64,000 bases of DNA, taken from an uncultured Flavobacteriales bacterium (GTDB lineage: Bacteria > Bacteroidota > Bacteroidia > Flavobacteriales_E > Vicingaceae). Positions 18,981 to 28,248 of the stretch are shown here, piece after piece (the first letter of the stretch is position 1; each line of letters begins with the position of its first letter). The notes beneath the pieces were generated by a model, which was given only the letters and a program-made list of their open reading frames with translations, was not told the DNA's origin and made no database searches. The position numbers and the translations under genes are program-made. The DNA is taken from positions 56,546 to 120,545 of the forward strand of contig CAJQOH010000003.1 in the NCBI GenBank assembly GCA_905479915.1. The letters are read 5' to 3'.

Positions 18981-19040
18981 GGGTTGGAAGTTGGAAGAGG
19001 GAGGTCAGTAGATTTCTTCTGACTTCTCACTTCGATCTTC
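18981..19040. repeat. GAAG/CTTC-rich imperfect hairpin element (locus B), between serA and the DUF1015 gene
   Basis: gaagttggaagagggaggtcag (18987-19008) pairs with ctgacttctcacttcgatcttc (19019-40). Hand alignment gives 17/22 Watson-Crick pairs plus 2 G-T. The CTTC arm abuts the serA stop codon. Confidence 0.55.
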
Positions 19041-19993
19041 TAGCCTAAGTGTGCTATTATTTGTTCTGCTAATTCTTCTCCAATTCTATTTTGAGCTTCT
19101 CCAGTAGCAGCACCTGTATGAGGAGTTAAAGAGATTTTAGCATGTTTTAATAGGTCCTCTCTAGGAGTTGGTTCTTTAGTAAAAACATCTAGAGCAGCAT
19201 GAGCTACTTTTTCAGCGTTTAAATTGGCAATTAGTGCATCTTCATCAATTACTCCTCCACGAGCAGCATTAGCTATTATAACACCATCTTTCATTTTAGA
19301 AAACTCTTCATTGCCAATTAAAGCTTTTCCATCAGCCGGCATAGGCATATGTAAAGAAATAAAATTAGCGTTTGCTAAAAGATCATCTAATGAGGTTGTG
19401 TTAATATCAACACTTATTGTTTGATTGGCTATTTTTAAATTAATAGTAGCATTTGGGACGTAGGGGTCAAAGGCGATTACATTCATCCCGCATCCTAAAG
19501 CATAACTTGCTAAACTTTGTCCGATTCTACCAAAACCAATAATACCTAAGGTAGAATTTCTTAATTCAATCCCTTTACCATACTTCTTTTTTAATTTCTT
19601 GAAATCAGAAACACCAGAAACTGGCATATGTCTATTTGAATCATAGATTGAACGTGCAGCTCCAAATAAGTGAGCCATAACTTGTTCTGCAACAGATTGT
19701 GATGAAGCAGCAGGAGTGTTAATCACTTTTAGCCCTTTGTTACGCGCATATTCAACATCAATATTATCCATACCAACACCACCACGACCAATTAATTTTA
19801 GTCCAGGACAAGCATCTATTAAATTTTCTCTAACAGTAGTTGCACTTCTCACCAATAGACCAACATAGTTGTTCTCATTAATGGAGTTGATTAAATCATC
19901 TTGAGCTACAGTTTCAGTAATAACTTCGAAACCTGCTTTTTCAAGATTTTCTTTTCCGATAGGAGCAATCCCATCATTTGCTAAAATTTTCAT
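19040..19993 (-). CDS. serA: D-3-phosphoglycerate dehydrogenase (D-isomer 2-hydroxyacid dehydrogenase family)
   Basis: NAD-binding motif 'GIIGFGRIGQ' and catalytic 'ARGG.ID' and 'TPH.G' motifs are present. It is adjacent to serC. Confidence 0.88.
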   Translation of the reverse strand: MKILANDGIAPIGKENLEKAGFEVITETVAQDDLINSINENNYVGLLVRSATTVRENLIDACPGLKLIGRGGVGMDNIDVEYARNKGLKVINTPAASSQSVAEQVMAHLFGAARSIYDSNRHMPVSGVSDFKKLKKKYGKGIELRNSTLGIIGFGRIGQSLASYALGCGMNVIAFDPYVPNATINLKIANQTISVDINTTSLDDLLANANFISLHMPMPADGKALIGNEEFSKMKDGVIIANAARGGVIDEDALIANLNAEKVAHAALDVFTKEPTPREDLLKHAKISLTPHTGAATGEAQNRIGEELAEQIIAHLG

Positions 19994-19995
19994 TC

Positions 19996-21060
19996 TTATG
20001 AGTTTAATTTTTTCATTGTGTCAACTAAGACTTGAATACTTTCTATAGGCATTGCGTTGTAGATAGAAGCTCTATAACCACCAACAGAACGGTGTCCGTT
20101 AATTCCACTTATACCAGCTTCATTCCATAATTGATCAAATTGTTCTTTTTTACTTTCATCAGTAAGAACAAATGTTACATTCATGTTACTTCTATCTTCT
20201 TTTGCTGCTGTTCCTTCAAATAAAGGATTGTTGTCAATCTCATTGTATAGTAATGCAGCTTTTTCATTGTTTACTCTCTCTATCCATTCAATTCCACCAT
20301 TGGCCTTTAACCATTCTAATGTTAACATAGAAACATAGATTGGATAAACAGGAGGTGTATTAAACATAGAACCTTTATCTGCATGTACGCTTAAATCTAA
20401 CATGGTTGGGATAGTTCTATCATTCTTTCCTAGTAAGCTATCTTTAACGATGTACAAGGTTGTTCCTGCTGGTCCTAAATTCTTTTGAGCTCCTGCATAA
20501 ATCATAGCATAATCACTTACATTTATTTTTCGACTAAAAATATCTGAAGACATATCAGCAATAATAGGGATACGGCTTACTGGTAGTTTTTTTATTTGAG
20601 TACCAAAAATGGTGTTGTTTGTAGTGATATGTAAATAATCATCATTTGTTGAAATAGGGTAAACTTTAGGAATGTAATTGAAGTTGTTATCTTCTGAAGA
20701 GGCTACCATATTTAAGTTTCCTAATTTTTTAGCTTCCTGTAAAGCTTTTTTACTCCAAGCACCAGTATTTAAATAAGCACCTGTTCCATCTTTGCTCATA
20801 AAGTTTAGGATGGTAGCTAAAAAACCTGTACTCGCACCGCCTTGCAGAAATAATACCGAATAACCTTCAGGTACATTTAAGATTTCTTTTACTAAAGCAA
20901 CTGCATTATCCATTACAGCGACAAAATCTTTACTTCTATGAGATATTTCTAGTATAGAAAGATTAAGATCGTTAAAATTTGTAACAGCTTCTGAAGCTTT
21001 TTTTATTACATCTTGATTTAAGATACTTGGTCCAGCACTAAAATTATGAACTTTTGACAT
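19996..21060 (-). CDS. serC: 3-phosphoserine/phosphohydroxythreonine aminotransferase
   Basis: 'NFSAGPS', 'GGAS', 'YAGAQKNLGPAG' (PLP lysine) and 'GHRSVGGYRASIYNA' are canonical SerC motifs. Confidence 0.95.
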   Translation of the reverse strand: MSKVHNFSAGPSILNQDVIKKASEAVTNFNDLNLSILEISHRSKDFVAVMDNAVALVKEILNVPEGYSVLFLQGGASTGFLATILNFMSKDGTGAYLNTGAWSKKALQEAKKLGNLNMVASSEDNNFNYIPKVYPISTNDDYLHITTNNTIFGTQIKKLPVSRIPIIADMSSDIFSRKINVSDYAMIYAGAQKNLGPAGTTLYIVKDSLLGKNDRTIPTMLDLSVHADKGSMFNTPPVYPIYVSMLTLEWLKANGGIEWIERVNNEKAALLYNEIDNNPLFEGTAAKEDRSNMNVTFVLTDESKKEQFDQLWNEAGISGINGHRSVGGYRASIYNAMPIESIQVLVDTMKKLNS

Positions 21061-21089
21061 TTTAAAGAATTTTAAGTAATTATTTACTG

Positions 21090-21097
21090 CAAAATTA
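21090..21097 (-). promoter_or_regulatory. Candidate -7 promoter box (TAATTTTG on the minus strand), 29 nt upstream of serC
   Basis: The plus-strand caaaatta is the reverse complement of TAnnTTTG. Confidence 0.35.
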
Positions 21098-21156
21098 ATA
21101 CTTAAATTAAGGCCAATTGTAAAGATTCAGAATTTATTGGCATAATTAATTATAGG

Positions 21157-22722
21157 CTAATATTCATCAACAGTTTTTGCCCCAATAATTAGGTTTGAAT
21201 TCAGGGATATTTTATAATCAACATGCCTGTTTTTTCCTAAATCCATTTGATCAATAATGTTTTTGTAGGTCAGATCATTTGAGGAAAATATAACTTCATT
21301 AACCCCATAGATTTCTGTTAAATCAGGTAATTGATGAAATTTTCCGATGTATTCTTTTGTGTCCTTATCTTCAATAGTATTGTTGTTTTTTATTGATAAG
21401 GTTTTTATAGTTGATTTTTTTTGAGCAAAATTTTCTTTAATTGAATTAATGAAGTTATTACTTCCAGTTATAATCGTTGTCTTTATATTTTCTTTACGTA
21501 ACTTTATTGTTTGATAGTAATCTAATATTATTCTATTGATAGGAATAATACTTACGATTAAACCGATAATACTTGCAATATATTTTATTGAAAAAGAGGA
21601 TTGTTCAGGAAAGATGAAATTTATTCCAAAGAGCAATACTCCACCAAGAAAAACACCAAAAAATGTTTTTTGCAAGCTTAGATTTTTTGAGTATCCACCG
21701 GTAACGGTTAAACCAATTAAAAAGGCAGTAAATACAGAGAGAACATTGAGTATTCCATAATCGTTAGACAGTTCTATTTGATTGGGAAAACCTAAATAGG
21801 GTTTAATGTAGTTGCAAATTATTAAAGCAGAGGTTATAATTATGATATCAGTAATTGGTAGTCTGAGGTTTGAAATGAATCGAACTAATATTGCTAAAAA
21901 TGCCCTAAGGTAGATTGCGATATTGATAAAAAATGAAAATGCTTTTGCTTTTTTAGCAAAGTGCTTTTTAGAAAAGATAATCATTGCGTTATAAAAAATA
22001 AACACATAATTGATGTTTCCTTTTTTTGTACTTTCTCCTTTGTAATGAATTATTTTAACCTCTGGTAAATAGTAATTTTTGTTTCCAGCTAATGTTATTC
22101 TGTAGGAAAGGTCAATATCCTCTCCATACATAAAAAAGGTTTCATCTAGATAGCCAATATCATCTAAAACAGACTTTCTCATCCACATAAAAGCACCAGA
22201 AAGTACTTCAATTTCATTTGTATCATTCTCTTTTAGATAGCCTAAATGATATTTTGCAAATGTTTTAGATTTTGGAAATATTTTAGATAGTCCAAATATT
22301 TTATAAAAAGATACAGCTGGGGTAGGTAAACCTCTTTTGGATTCAGGCAAAAATTTACCGCTTCCATCAATCATTTTAACTCCTAAACCACCACCATTGG
22401 GGTGAAGATCCATGAATTCGATACACTTTTCAAAAGCATTTTCTTCTACAACAGTATCCGGATTAAGCAATAAAACATATTTTCCTTTTGAAATTTCTAT
22501 AGCTTGATTATTAGCCCTAGAAAACCCAACGTTTTCTTTGTTGTGAATTAAATGTACATCTGGAAATTTTTCTTTAACCATCGCTAAAGAGTCATCACTA
22601 GAGTCATTGTCTACCACAAAAACTTCTGCCGAAATATTTGTTGTTGCTTTATAAACAGACCGTAAACATTGCTCTAGAAAATGCCTTACATTATAATTAA
22701 CTATGACAATGGATAATTGCAT
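21157..22722 (-). CDS. Family 2 glycosyltransferase with a C-terminal membrane / Rossmann-like extension
   Basis: 'LSIVIVNYNVRHFL', 'VVDNDSSD', 'LLLNPD' and 'GAFMWMR' are GT2 hallmarks. Four to five TM helices and a soluble tail follow. Confidence 0.85.
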   Translation of the reverse strand: MQLSIVIVNYNVRHFLEQCLRSVYKATTNISAEVFVVDNDSSDDSLAMVKEKFPDVHLIHNKENVGFSRANNQAIEISKGKYVLLLNPDTVVEENAFEKCIEFMDLHPNGGGLGVKMIDGSGKFLPESKRGLPTPAVSFYKIFGLSKIFPKSKTFAKYHLGYLKENDTNEIEVLSGAFMWMRKSVLDDIGYLDETFFMYGEDIDLSYRITLAGNKNYYLPEVKIIHYKGESTKKGNINYVFIFYNAMIIFSKKHFAKKAKAFSFFINIAIYLRAFLAILVRFISNLRLPITDIIIITSALIICNYIKPYLGFPNQIELSNDYGILNVLSVFTAFLIGLTVTGGYSKNLSLQKTFFGVFLGGVLLFGINFIFPEQSSFSIKYIASIIGLIVSIIPINRIILDYYQTIKLRKENIKTTIITGSNNFINSIKENFAQKKSTIKTLSIKNNNTIEDKDTKEYIGKFHQLPDLTEIYGVNEVIFSSNDLTYKNIIDQMDLGKNRHVDYKISLNSNLIIGAKTVDEY

Positions 22723-23349
22723 TTACTTTAAGGAAAGGGTATTCTGAAAAGGTATTCTGTTGAGTAAAGACCTTCCTAAAGTTAACTCATCGGTATATTC
22801 AATTTCATCTCCGATACCAACACCTCTAGCAATTGTAGTAACGTTAATGTTTAGATTAGCTAATTTTTTATAAATGTAGAAATTAGTAGCATCGCCTTCC
22901 ATAGTGGTACTTAATGCCATGATGATTTCTTTTGGAGGATTTTCTGTTATTCTTGCAATCAATTCTGGAATTTTTATGTCATTAGGACCAATTCCTTCCA
23001 TTGGAGAAATAATGCCTCCAAGTACATGGAATTTACCAGAAAACTGATTGGTTTTTTCTATGGCGATAACATCTAAAATATTTTCGACAACACAGATAAG
23101 GTCATTGCTTCTGGATGTGTTAGAACATAAATCGCAAATAGGGGTGTCAGAAATATTGAAACAAGAATTGCAGTACTGAATTTGATGACTTAAATCAACA
23201 AACGCAGCACCGAATTCTTCTATTTCTTTTTGATCTCTGTTTAACAATTGAAGTACTAACCTTAATGCAGTTTTATTTCCAATACCAGGTAACGATGCAA
23301 GTTTTTCTACTGCATTGTTAAATGGTGAAGATGAAATTTGATGCATCAT
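22723..23349 (-). CDS. recR: Recombination protein RecR
   Basis: HhH motif 'LPGIGNKTALRL', a C4 zinc finger (C..C...C..C) and a Toprim region. About 205 aa. Confidence 0.95.
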   Translation of the reverse strand: MMHQISSSPFNNAVEKLASLPGIGNKTALRLVLQLLNRDQKEIEEFGAAFVDLSHQIQYCNSCFNISDTPICDLCSNTSRSNDLICVVENILDVIAIEKTNQFSGKFHVLGGIISPMEGIGPNDIKIPELIARITENPPKEIIMALSTTMEGDATNFYIYKKLANLNINVTTIARGVGIGDEIEYTDELTLGRSLLNRIPFQNTLSLK

Positions 23350-23366
23350 GATTTAGTATTCAAAAA

Positions 23367-24992
23367 TTATCCTAAAAATGGGTATCTATAATCAGTTGGA
23401 GGAACCAAATTTTCTTTGAAAGTTCTTGGACTTACCCATCTTACTAAGTTTAAATAAGATCCTGCCTTATCATTTGTTCCAGAACCTCTAGCTCCGCCAA
23501 ATGGTTGCTGACCAACAACAGCTCCTGTAGGTCTATCATTGATGTAGAAGTTTCCTGCAGAATTTTTCAACTTTTCAGCTGCAGTCATGATAGCATAGCG
23601 TTCACGTGCAAATACAGCTCCAGTTAAAGCATAATCAGAAGTTTCGTCTAAAATTTCTAAAGTCTCTTCATATTTGTTTTCATCATAAACGTAAATTGTA
23701 ACAACAGGGCCAAAAATTTCTTCACACATGGTTCTGAATTTTGGGTTTGTTGTAACAACAACAGTTGGCTCAATAAAATATCCTACAGATTTATCGTAAC
23801 CTCCACCAGCAATAATTTCGGCATCATCTTGTTCTTTAATAAAATCAATGTATCCAGCAATTTTGTCAAAGCTTCTTTCATCAATAACTGCGTTTATAAA
23901 GTTGCTAAAGTCTTCTGGTGATCCCATTTTCATAGAAGCAACATCTTCTTTTACATAGCCTAAAATTTCATCAGAAAGGTTAGATGGTAAATAAACTCTA
24001 GAAGAAGCAGAACATTTTTGTCCTTGGAATTCAAAAGAACCTCTTACTATTCCTGTAGCCACTTGTTTAGCAACAGCAGACTTGTGAGCAATAATAAAAT
24101 CTTTACCTCCAGTTTCACCAACTATTCTAGGGTAAGATCTGTAGTTGTGAATATTGTTTCCAATTTCTTTCCATAAATGTTGGAAAACAGCCGTAGATCC
24201 TGTAAAATGTAATCCTGCAAAATCTCTGTGTTTAAATACAACATCTCCAGCAGTTGGTCCATCAGCATATACAATGTTAATTACACCATCAGGCAAACCA
24301 GCTGCTTTAAATAATTCCATAATTACTTGAGCAGAATAAATTTGAGTGTCAGAAGGTTTCCATACAACAACATTTCCCATCATAGCTGGTGCAGCACATA
24401 AGTTAGCACAAATAGAGGTAAAGTTGAATGGTGTAATTGCAAATACAAATCCTTCTAAAGGTCTGTATTCTAATCTGTTCCATAATCCAAGTGGAGATTC
24501 TGGTTGGTCGGAGTAAACATCAGTCATGTACTGAACGTTAAACCTGAAAAAATCGATCATTTCACAAGCAGCATCAATTTCTGCTTGGTTGGCATTTTTA
24601 CTTTGACAAAGTAAAGTTGCAGCATTCATTTTTTGTCTGAATGGTCCAGCCAATAATTCTGCACATTTTAAAAAGATAGCCGCTCTATCTTGCCAAGGTG
24701 TATTGGCCCATTTGTCTTTTGCAGCTAAAGCAGCATCAATTGCATCTTGAACATGAGAACCATCTCCCATGTGAAAAGACCCTAGGTTGTGTGCATGCTC
24801 ATAAGGAGGATGCATAGAAACAGTATTACCTGTTCTTACTTCTTTTCCTCCAATAATCATTGGAGCATCAATTTGTTGTGATTTTAATTCTGCTACAGCA
24901 GCTTTTAATTCTACTGTTTCAGCGCTTCCTGGAGCGTAACCCATAACTGGTTCATTCTCAGCGATAGGTGGTGTAAAAAATGCGTTTGCCAT
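23367..24992 (-). CDS. pruA: L-glutamate gamma-semialdehyde (1-pyrroline-5-carboxylate) dehydrogenase
   Basis: Aldehyde dehydrogenase family motifs 'ETGGKD' and 'FEFQGQKCSA' (catalytic Cys). The 541-aa length is typical of the PruA type. Confidence 0.9.
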   Translation of the reverse strand: MANAFFTPPIAENEPVMGYAPGSAETVELKAAVAELKSQQIDAPMIIGGKEVRTGNTVSMHPPYEHAHNLGSFHMGDGSHVQDAIDAALAAKDKWANTPWQDRAAIFLKCAELLAGPFRQKMNAATLLCQSKNANQAEIDAACEMIDFFRFNVQYMTDVYSDQPESPLGLWNRLEYRPLEGFVFAITPFNFTSICANLCAAPAMMGNVVVWKPSDTQIYSAQVIMELFKAAGLPDGVINIVYADGPTAGDVVFKHRDFAGLHFTGSTAVFQHLWKEIGNNIHNYRSYPRIVGETGGKDFIIAHKSAVAKQVATGIVRGSFEFQGQKCSASSRVYLPSNLSDEILGYVKEDVASMKMGSPEDFSNFINAVIDERSFDKIAGYIDFIKEQDDAEIIAGGGYDKSVGYFIEPTVVVTTNPKFRTMCEEIFGPVVTIYVYDENKYEETLEILDETSDYALTGAVFARERYAIMTAAEKLKNSAGNFYINDRPTGAVVGQQPFGGARGSGTNDKAGSYLNLVRWVSPRTFKENLVPPTDYRYPFLG

Positions 24993-25153
24993 TATATATT
25001 GTTTTTTTTATTCGTGTAATAAATGAGGTGTGAAATTACTAAAAAATACATTGAGAAAATGATCTTTTTTCTATCAAAATAGAAAGGCAAACACTTTTTT
25101 TTATCTAATAATTAGGAGTGCTTTAGTTCCTTTTTAAATACCGTTAAAATAAC

Positions 25154-25161
25154 TACATTTG
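25154..25161 (+). promoter_or_regulatory. Candidate -7 promoter box (TACATTTG), 36 nt upstream of pseB at the head of the glycan locus
   Basis: Exact TAnnTTTG match in the 204-nt divergent intergenic region. The same octamer is found upstream of gcvT and of the LamG module. Confidence 0.45.
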
Positions 25162-25196
25162 TTTTCTAAAATAACAAGACAGATTAAGTTTATAAT

Positions 25197-26201
25197 ATGC
25201 TAAATAATAAATCAATTTTAATAACTGGAGGAACTGGTTCATTAGGAAAACAACTAACAAGAACAATCTTTAAAAAATGGCCAGATGTTAAGCGTTTGGT
25301 AATTTACTCTAGAGATGAGCAGAAACAATTTCAAATGGCTCAAGAGTTCCCAGAGTCAGAATATCCGGCAATTAGATATTTTATTGGAGATGTAAGAGAT
25401 AAAGATCGATTAACAAGAGCTTTTGAAGGAATTGATGTGGTTATACATGCAGCTGCAATGAAGCATGTTCACATTGCAGAATACAATCCTACTGAGGCGG
25501 TTAAAACAAATGTTGACGGAGCTCAAAATGTTATTGAGGCATGTTTTCAAACAGATGTTAAAGATGTTGTAGCGTTATCAACAGATAAGGCTTGTGCACC
25601 AATTAATTTATATGGAGCAACTAAGTTGGCTTCAGATAAATTGTTTATTGCTGCAAACAATATAAAAGGAAAAAGAGATTTAAGATTTTCTGTAGTTAGA
25701 TATGGTAATGTAATGGGATCTAATGGTTCTGTAATTCCTTTCTTCTTGAAAAAGAAAGCTGATGGAGTTTTACCGATTACAGATATGAATATGACTCGAT
25801 TTAATATTTCTTTAGATGGAGGAGTTGATATGGTGTTACATGCATTAGAACATTCAATGGGAGGAGAAATATTTATTCCTAAAATTCCTTCATACAGAAT
25901 TACTGATGTTGCTACTGCAATTGATGAAAACTGTGAACAAAAAGAAGTAGGAATAAGACCTGGAGAGAAATTGCATGAAGAGATGATTACTTCTTCAGAT
26001 TCTTTCTTTACTTATGATTTAGGAAAATATTACGCGATTTTACCTTCACAACCAATATTTGATTTGAATGAATTTATTGCTCGATTTGATGCAAAGAAAG
26101 TTCCTCAAGGTTTTTCTTACAATAGTGGAGATAATGAACAATGGGAAACTGTTGAATCAATGAAGGAGTTGATTAAAGAACATGTGAAATTAGAAGAGTA
26201 A
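25197..26201 (+). CDS. pseB: UDP-N-acetylglucosamine 4,6-dehydratase (inverting)
   Basis: It is collinear with Campylobacter/Helicobacter PseB over its length: 'ILITGGTGS.GK', 'RYFIGDVRDK.RL', 'HAAAMKHV..AEYNP', 'STDKAC.P.NLYGATKLASDKLF' and 'GEIFIPKIPS..ITD'. Confidence 0.93.
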   Translation: MLNNKSILITGGTGSLGKQLTRTIFKKWPDVKRLVIYSRDEQKQFQMAQEFPESEYPAIRYFIGDVRDKDRLTRAFEGIDVVIHAAAMKHVHIAEYNPTEAVKTNVDGAQNVIEACFQTDVKDVVALSTDKACAPINLYGATKLASDKLFIAANNIKGKRDLRFSVVRYGNVMGSNGSVIPFFLKKKADGVLPITDMNMTRFNISLDGGVDMVLHALEHSMGGEIFIPKIPSYRITDVATAIDENCEQKEVGIRPGEKLHEEMITSSDSFFTYDLGKYYAILPSQPIFDLNEFIARFDAKKVPQGFSYNSGDNEQWETVESMKELIKEHVKLEE

Positions 26202-26204
26202 CGA

Positions 26205-27383
26205 ATGAGTAATTCCTTTCATATTCCATATGGTAAACAAGAGATTACACAAGAAGATATTGATGTAGTTGTAGAAACTTTAAAGGCAGATTTCTTAACT
26301 CAAGGACCTAAGATATTAGAGTTTGAAAAGAACTTTGCTAAATATGTAGGTGCAGAATATGCGGTTGCATTGTCCAATGGAACAGCTGCTTTACACTTAG
26401 CATTGTTGGCTTTTGGTGTAGGGCCTGGAGATCGAATTATAACATCTCCGATAACCTTTGCAGCTTCAGCCAATGCAGGACTTTATTGTGGTGCTGAGGT
26501 TTATTTTGCGGATATAGATCCATCTACCTATACAATTTCTATTAAAGCAATAGAAGAGTTGTTGAATGCTCATCCAAAAGGTCATTTTAAGGCCATAGTT
26601 CCTGTTGATTTTACGGGGTACCCTGTAAATGTTGAGGAAATAAGAGCGTTAGCAGATAAACATGAATTGTTTTTTTTAGAAGATGCATGTCATGCACCAG
26701 GAGGATATTTTGTTGATTCAAACAATAAGAAAGAACTTTGTGGAAGTGGTAATTATGCTGATGCTATTGCCTTTTCATTTCACCCAGTAAAGCATATCGC
26801 TGCAGGGGAAGGAGGGATGGTTACAACGAATGATGAAGCACTTTATAAAGAATTGTTAAAGCTTCGTTCTCATGGTATTACTAAAGAGAATATGAAGTTT
26901 GATATTCCAGATGCAGCCGAGCAGGGAAGTTGGTATTATGAAATGCAAGAGTTAGGTTATAATTATAGAATTACAGATATACAAGCAGCTCTGGCAAATA
27001 GCCAGCTATCAAAAGCCGATAAAGGGATTGTAAGAAGACAAGAGATCGCATCTATTTATAGAAAAGCATTTGAAGGTGTTAATTTGAAAATGCAGGCGGT
27101 TAATGATAATCACTTTAATGCACATCATTTATTTGTTGTGGAAGTTGAGGATAGGAAAGGCCTTTATGATTATTTAAGAAGTCATAATATCTTTAGTCAG
27201 ATTCATTACATCCCTGTACACTTATTGCCTTACTATAAACAGTTTGGTTGGAAGCCTGGAGACTTTCCAAATGCAGAAAAATATTACAAACATTGTATTA
27301 GTTTGCCAATGTATCCATCCTTAACAGATGAAGAGCAAACCTTTGTGATTAATAAAGTCATTGATTTTGTCAAAAGAAAGTAA
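26205..27383 (+). CDS. pseC: UDP-4-amino-4,6-dideoxy-N-acetyl-beta-L-altrosamine transaminase (DegT/DnrJ/EryC1 family)
   Basis: 'IPYGKQ.I...D' at the N terminus and 'SFHPVKHI' (PLP lysine). It is positioned directly after pseB. Confidence 0.88.
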   Translation: MSNSFHIPYGKQEITQEDIDVVVETLKADFLTQGPKILEFEKNFAKYVGAEYAVALSNGTAALHLALLAFGVGPGDRIITSPITFAASANAGLYCGAEVYFADIDPSTYTISIKAIEELLNAHPKGHFKAIVPVDFTGYPVNVEEIRALADKHELFFLEDACHAPGGYFVDSNNKKELCGSGNYADAIAFSFHPVKHIAAGEGGMVTTNDEALYKELLKLRSHGITKENMKFDIPDAAEQGSWYYEMQELGYNYRITDIQAALANSQLSKADKGIVRRQEIASIYRKAFEGVNLKMQAVNDNHFNAHHLFVVEVEDRKGLYDYLRSHNIFSQIHYIPVHLLPYYKQFGWKPGDFPNAEKYYKHCISLPMYPSLTDEEQTFVINKVIDFVKRK

Positions 27384-28248
27384 AATTATTTTAGGAACAG
27401 TTCAACTTGGATTAGATTACGGGATAAATAACCCTAATGGAAAACCTGACCAAATTGTTTCAAACCAAATACTTAATAAAGCTTTTGAAAATAAGATTAC
27501 GCTTTTAGATACCGCAGAAGCTTATGGTAATTCTCAAGAAGTGATAGGAACTTACCATAAACAAGCAAAGCATAAGTTTAAAGTAATTACCAAGTTTAGT
27601 TCATCAAGAACTGACCTCCCTGAAGCTATTGAAGAGAGAGTTAAAGCTAATATCGAAACTTTAGGCGTACAGAGTTTGTACTGCTATATGTTTCATAATT
27701 ATGCAGATTTCAACTCTTATTTTACAGAATTTGAAAGTGGTATTGTAACATTAAAAGAGCAAGGAATTATCGAAAAACTGGGAGTTTCAGTTTACACAAA
27801 TGATGAGTTGGAAGATTTACTGAATTATGATCAAATCGATGTTGTTCAGATCCCTTTTAACCTGTTAGACAATACACAACAGAGACTAGAGATATTAAAA
27901 AAAGCACAACTAAAAGGGATAGAAATTCATACGAGGTCAGCCTTTTTACAAGGATTGTTTTTTAAAAACACAAAAGAATTGGCGGCTAATCTTCAACCTT
28001 TAAAACCTTACTTAGAGTTGATACAAGATGCAGCAAGTTCAAATAATTTAAGTGTGGCAGATTTGGCTTTGAATTATGCGTGCAATCAAGAAACCATAAG
28101 TAATGTATTAATAGGAGTTGATTCTGTTGTTCAATTAGAACAAAATTTAGAATCTTTGAAAGTAGATATTACTGCAGATGTAATTGAAAAAATGAATTCT
28201 ATTCAAGTGAATGATATCTCATTATTAAACCCATCAAATTGGAATTAA
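27361..28248 (+). CDS. Aldo/keto reductase
   Basis: 'LGTVQLGLDYG' and 'LDTAEAYG' are AKR N-terminal motifs. There is no ATG, so a TTG start (27361 or 27367) overlapping the pseC end is assumed. Confidence 0.78.
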   Translation: MILSKESKIILGTVQLGLDYGINNPNGKPDQIVSNQILNKAFENKITLLDTAEAYGNSQEVIGTYHKQAKHKFKVITKFSSSRTDLPEAIEERVKANIETLGVQSLYCYMFHNYADFNSYFTEFESGIVTLKEQGIIEKLGVSVYTNDELEDLLNYDQIDVVQIPFNLLDNTQQRLEILKKAQLKGIEIHTRSAFLQGLFFKNTKELAANLQPLKPYLELIQDAASSNNLSVADLALNYACNQETISNVLIGVDSVVQLEQNLESLKVDITADVIEKMNSIQVNDISLLNPSNWN

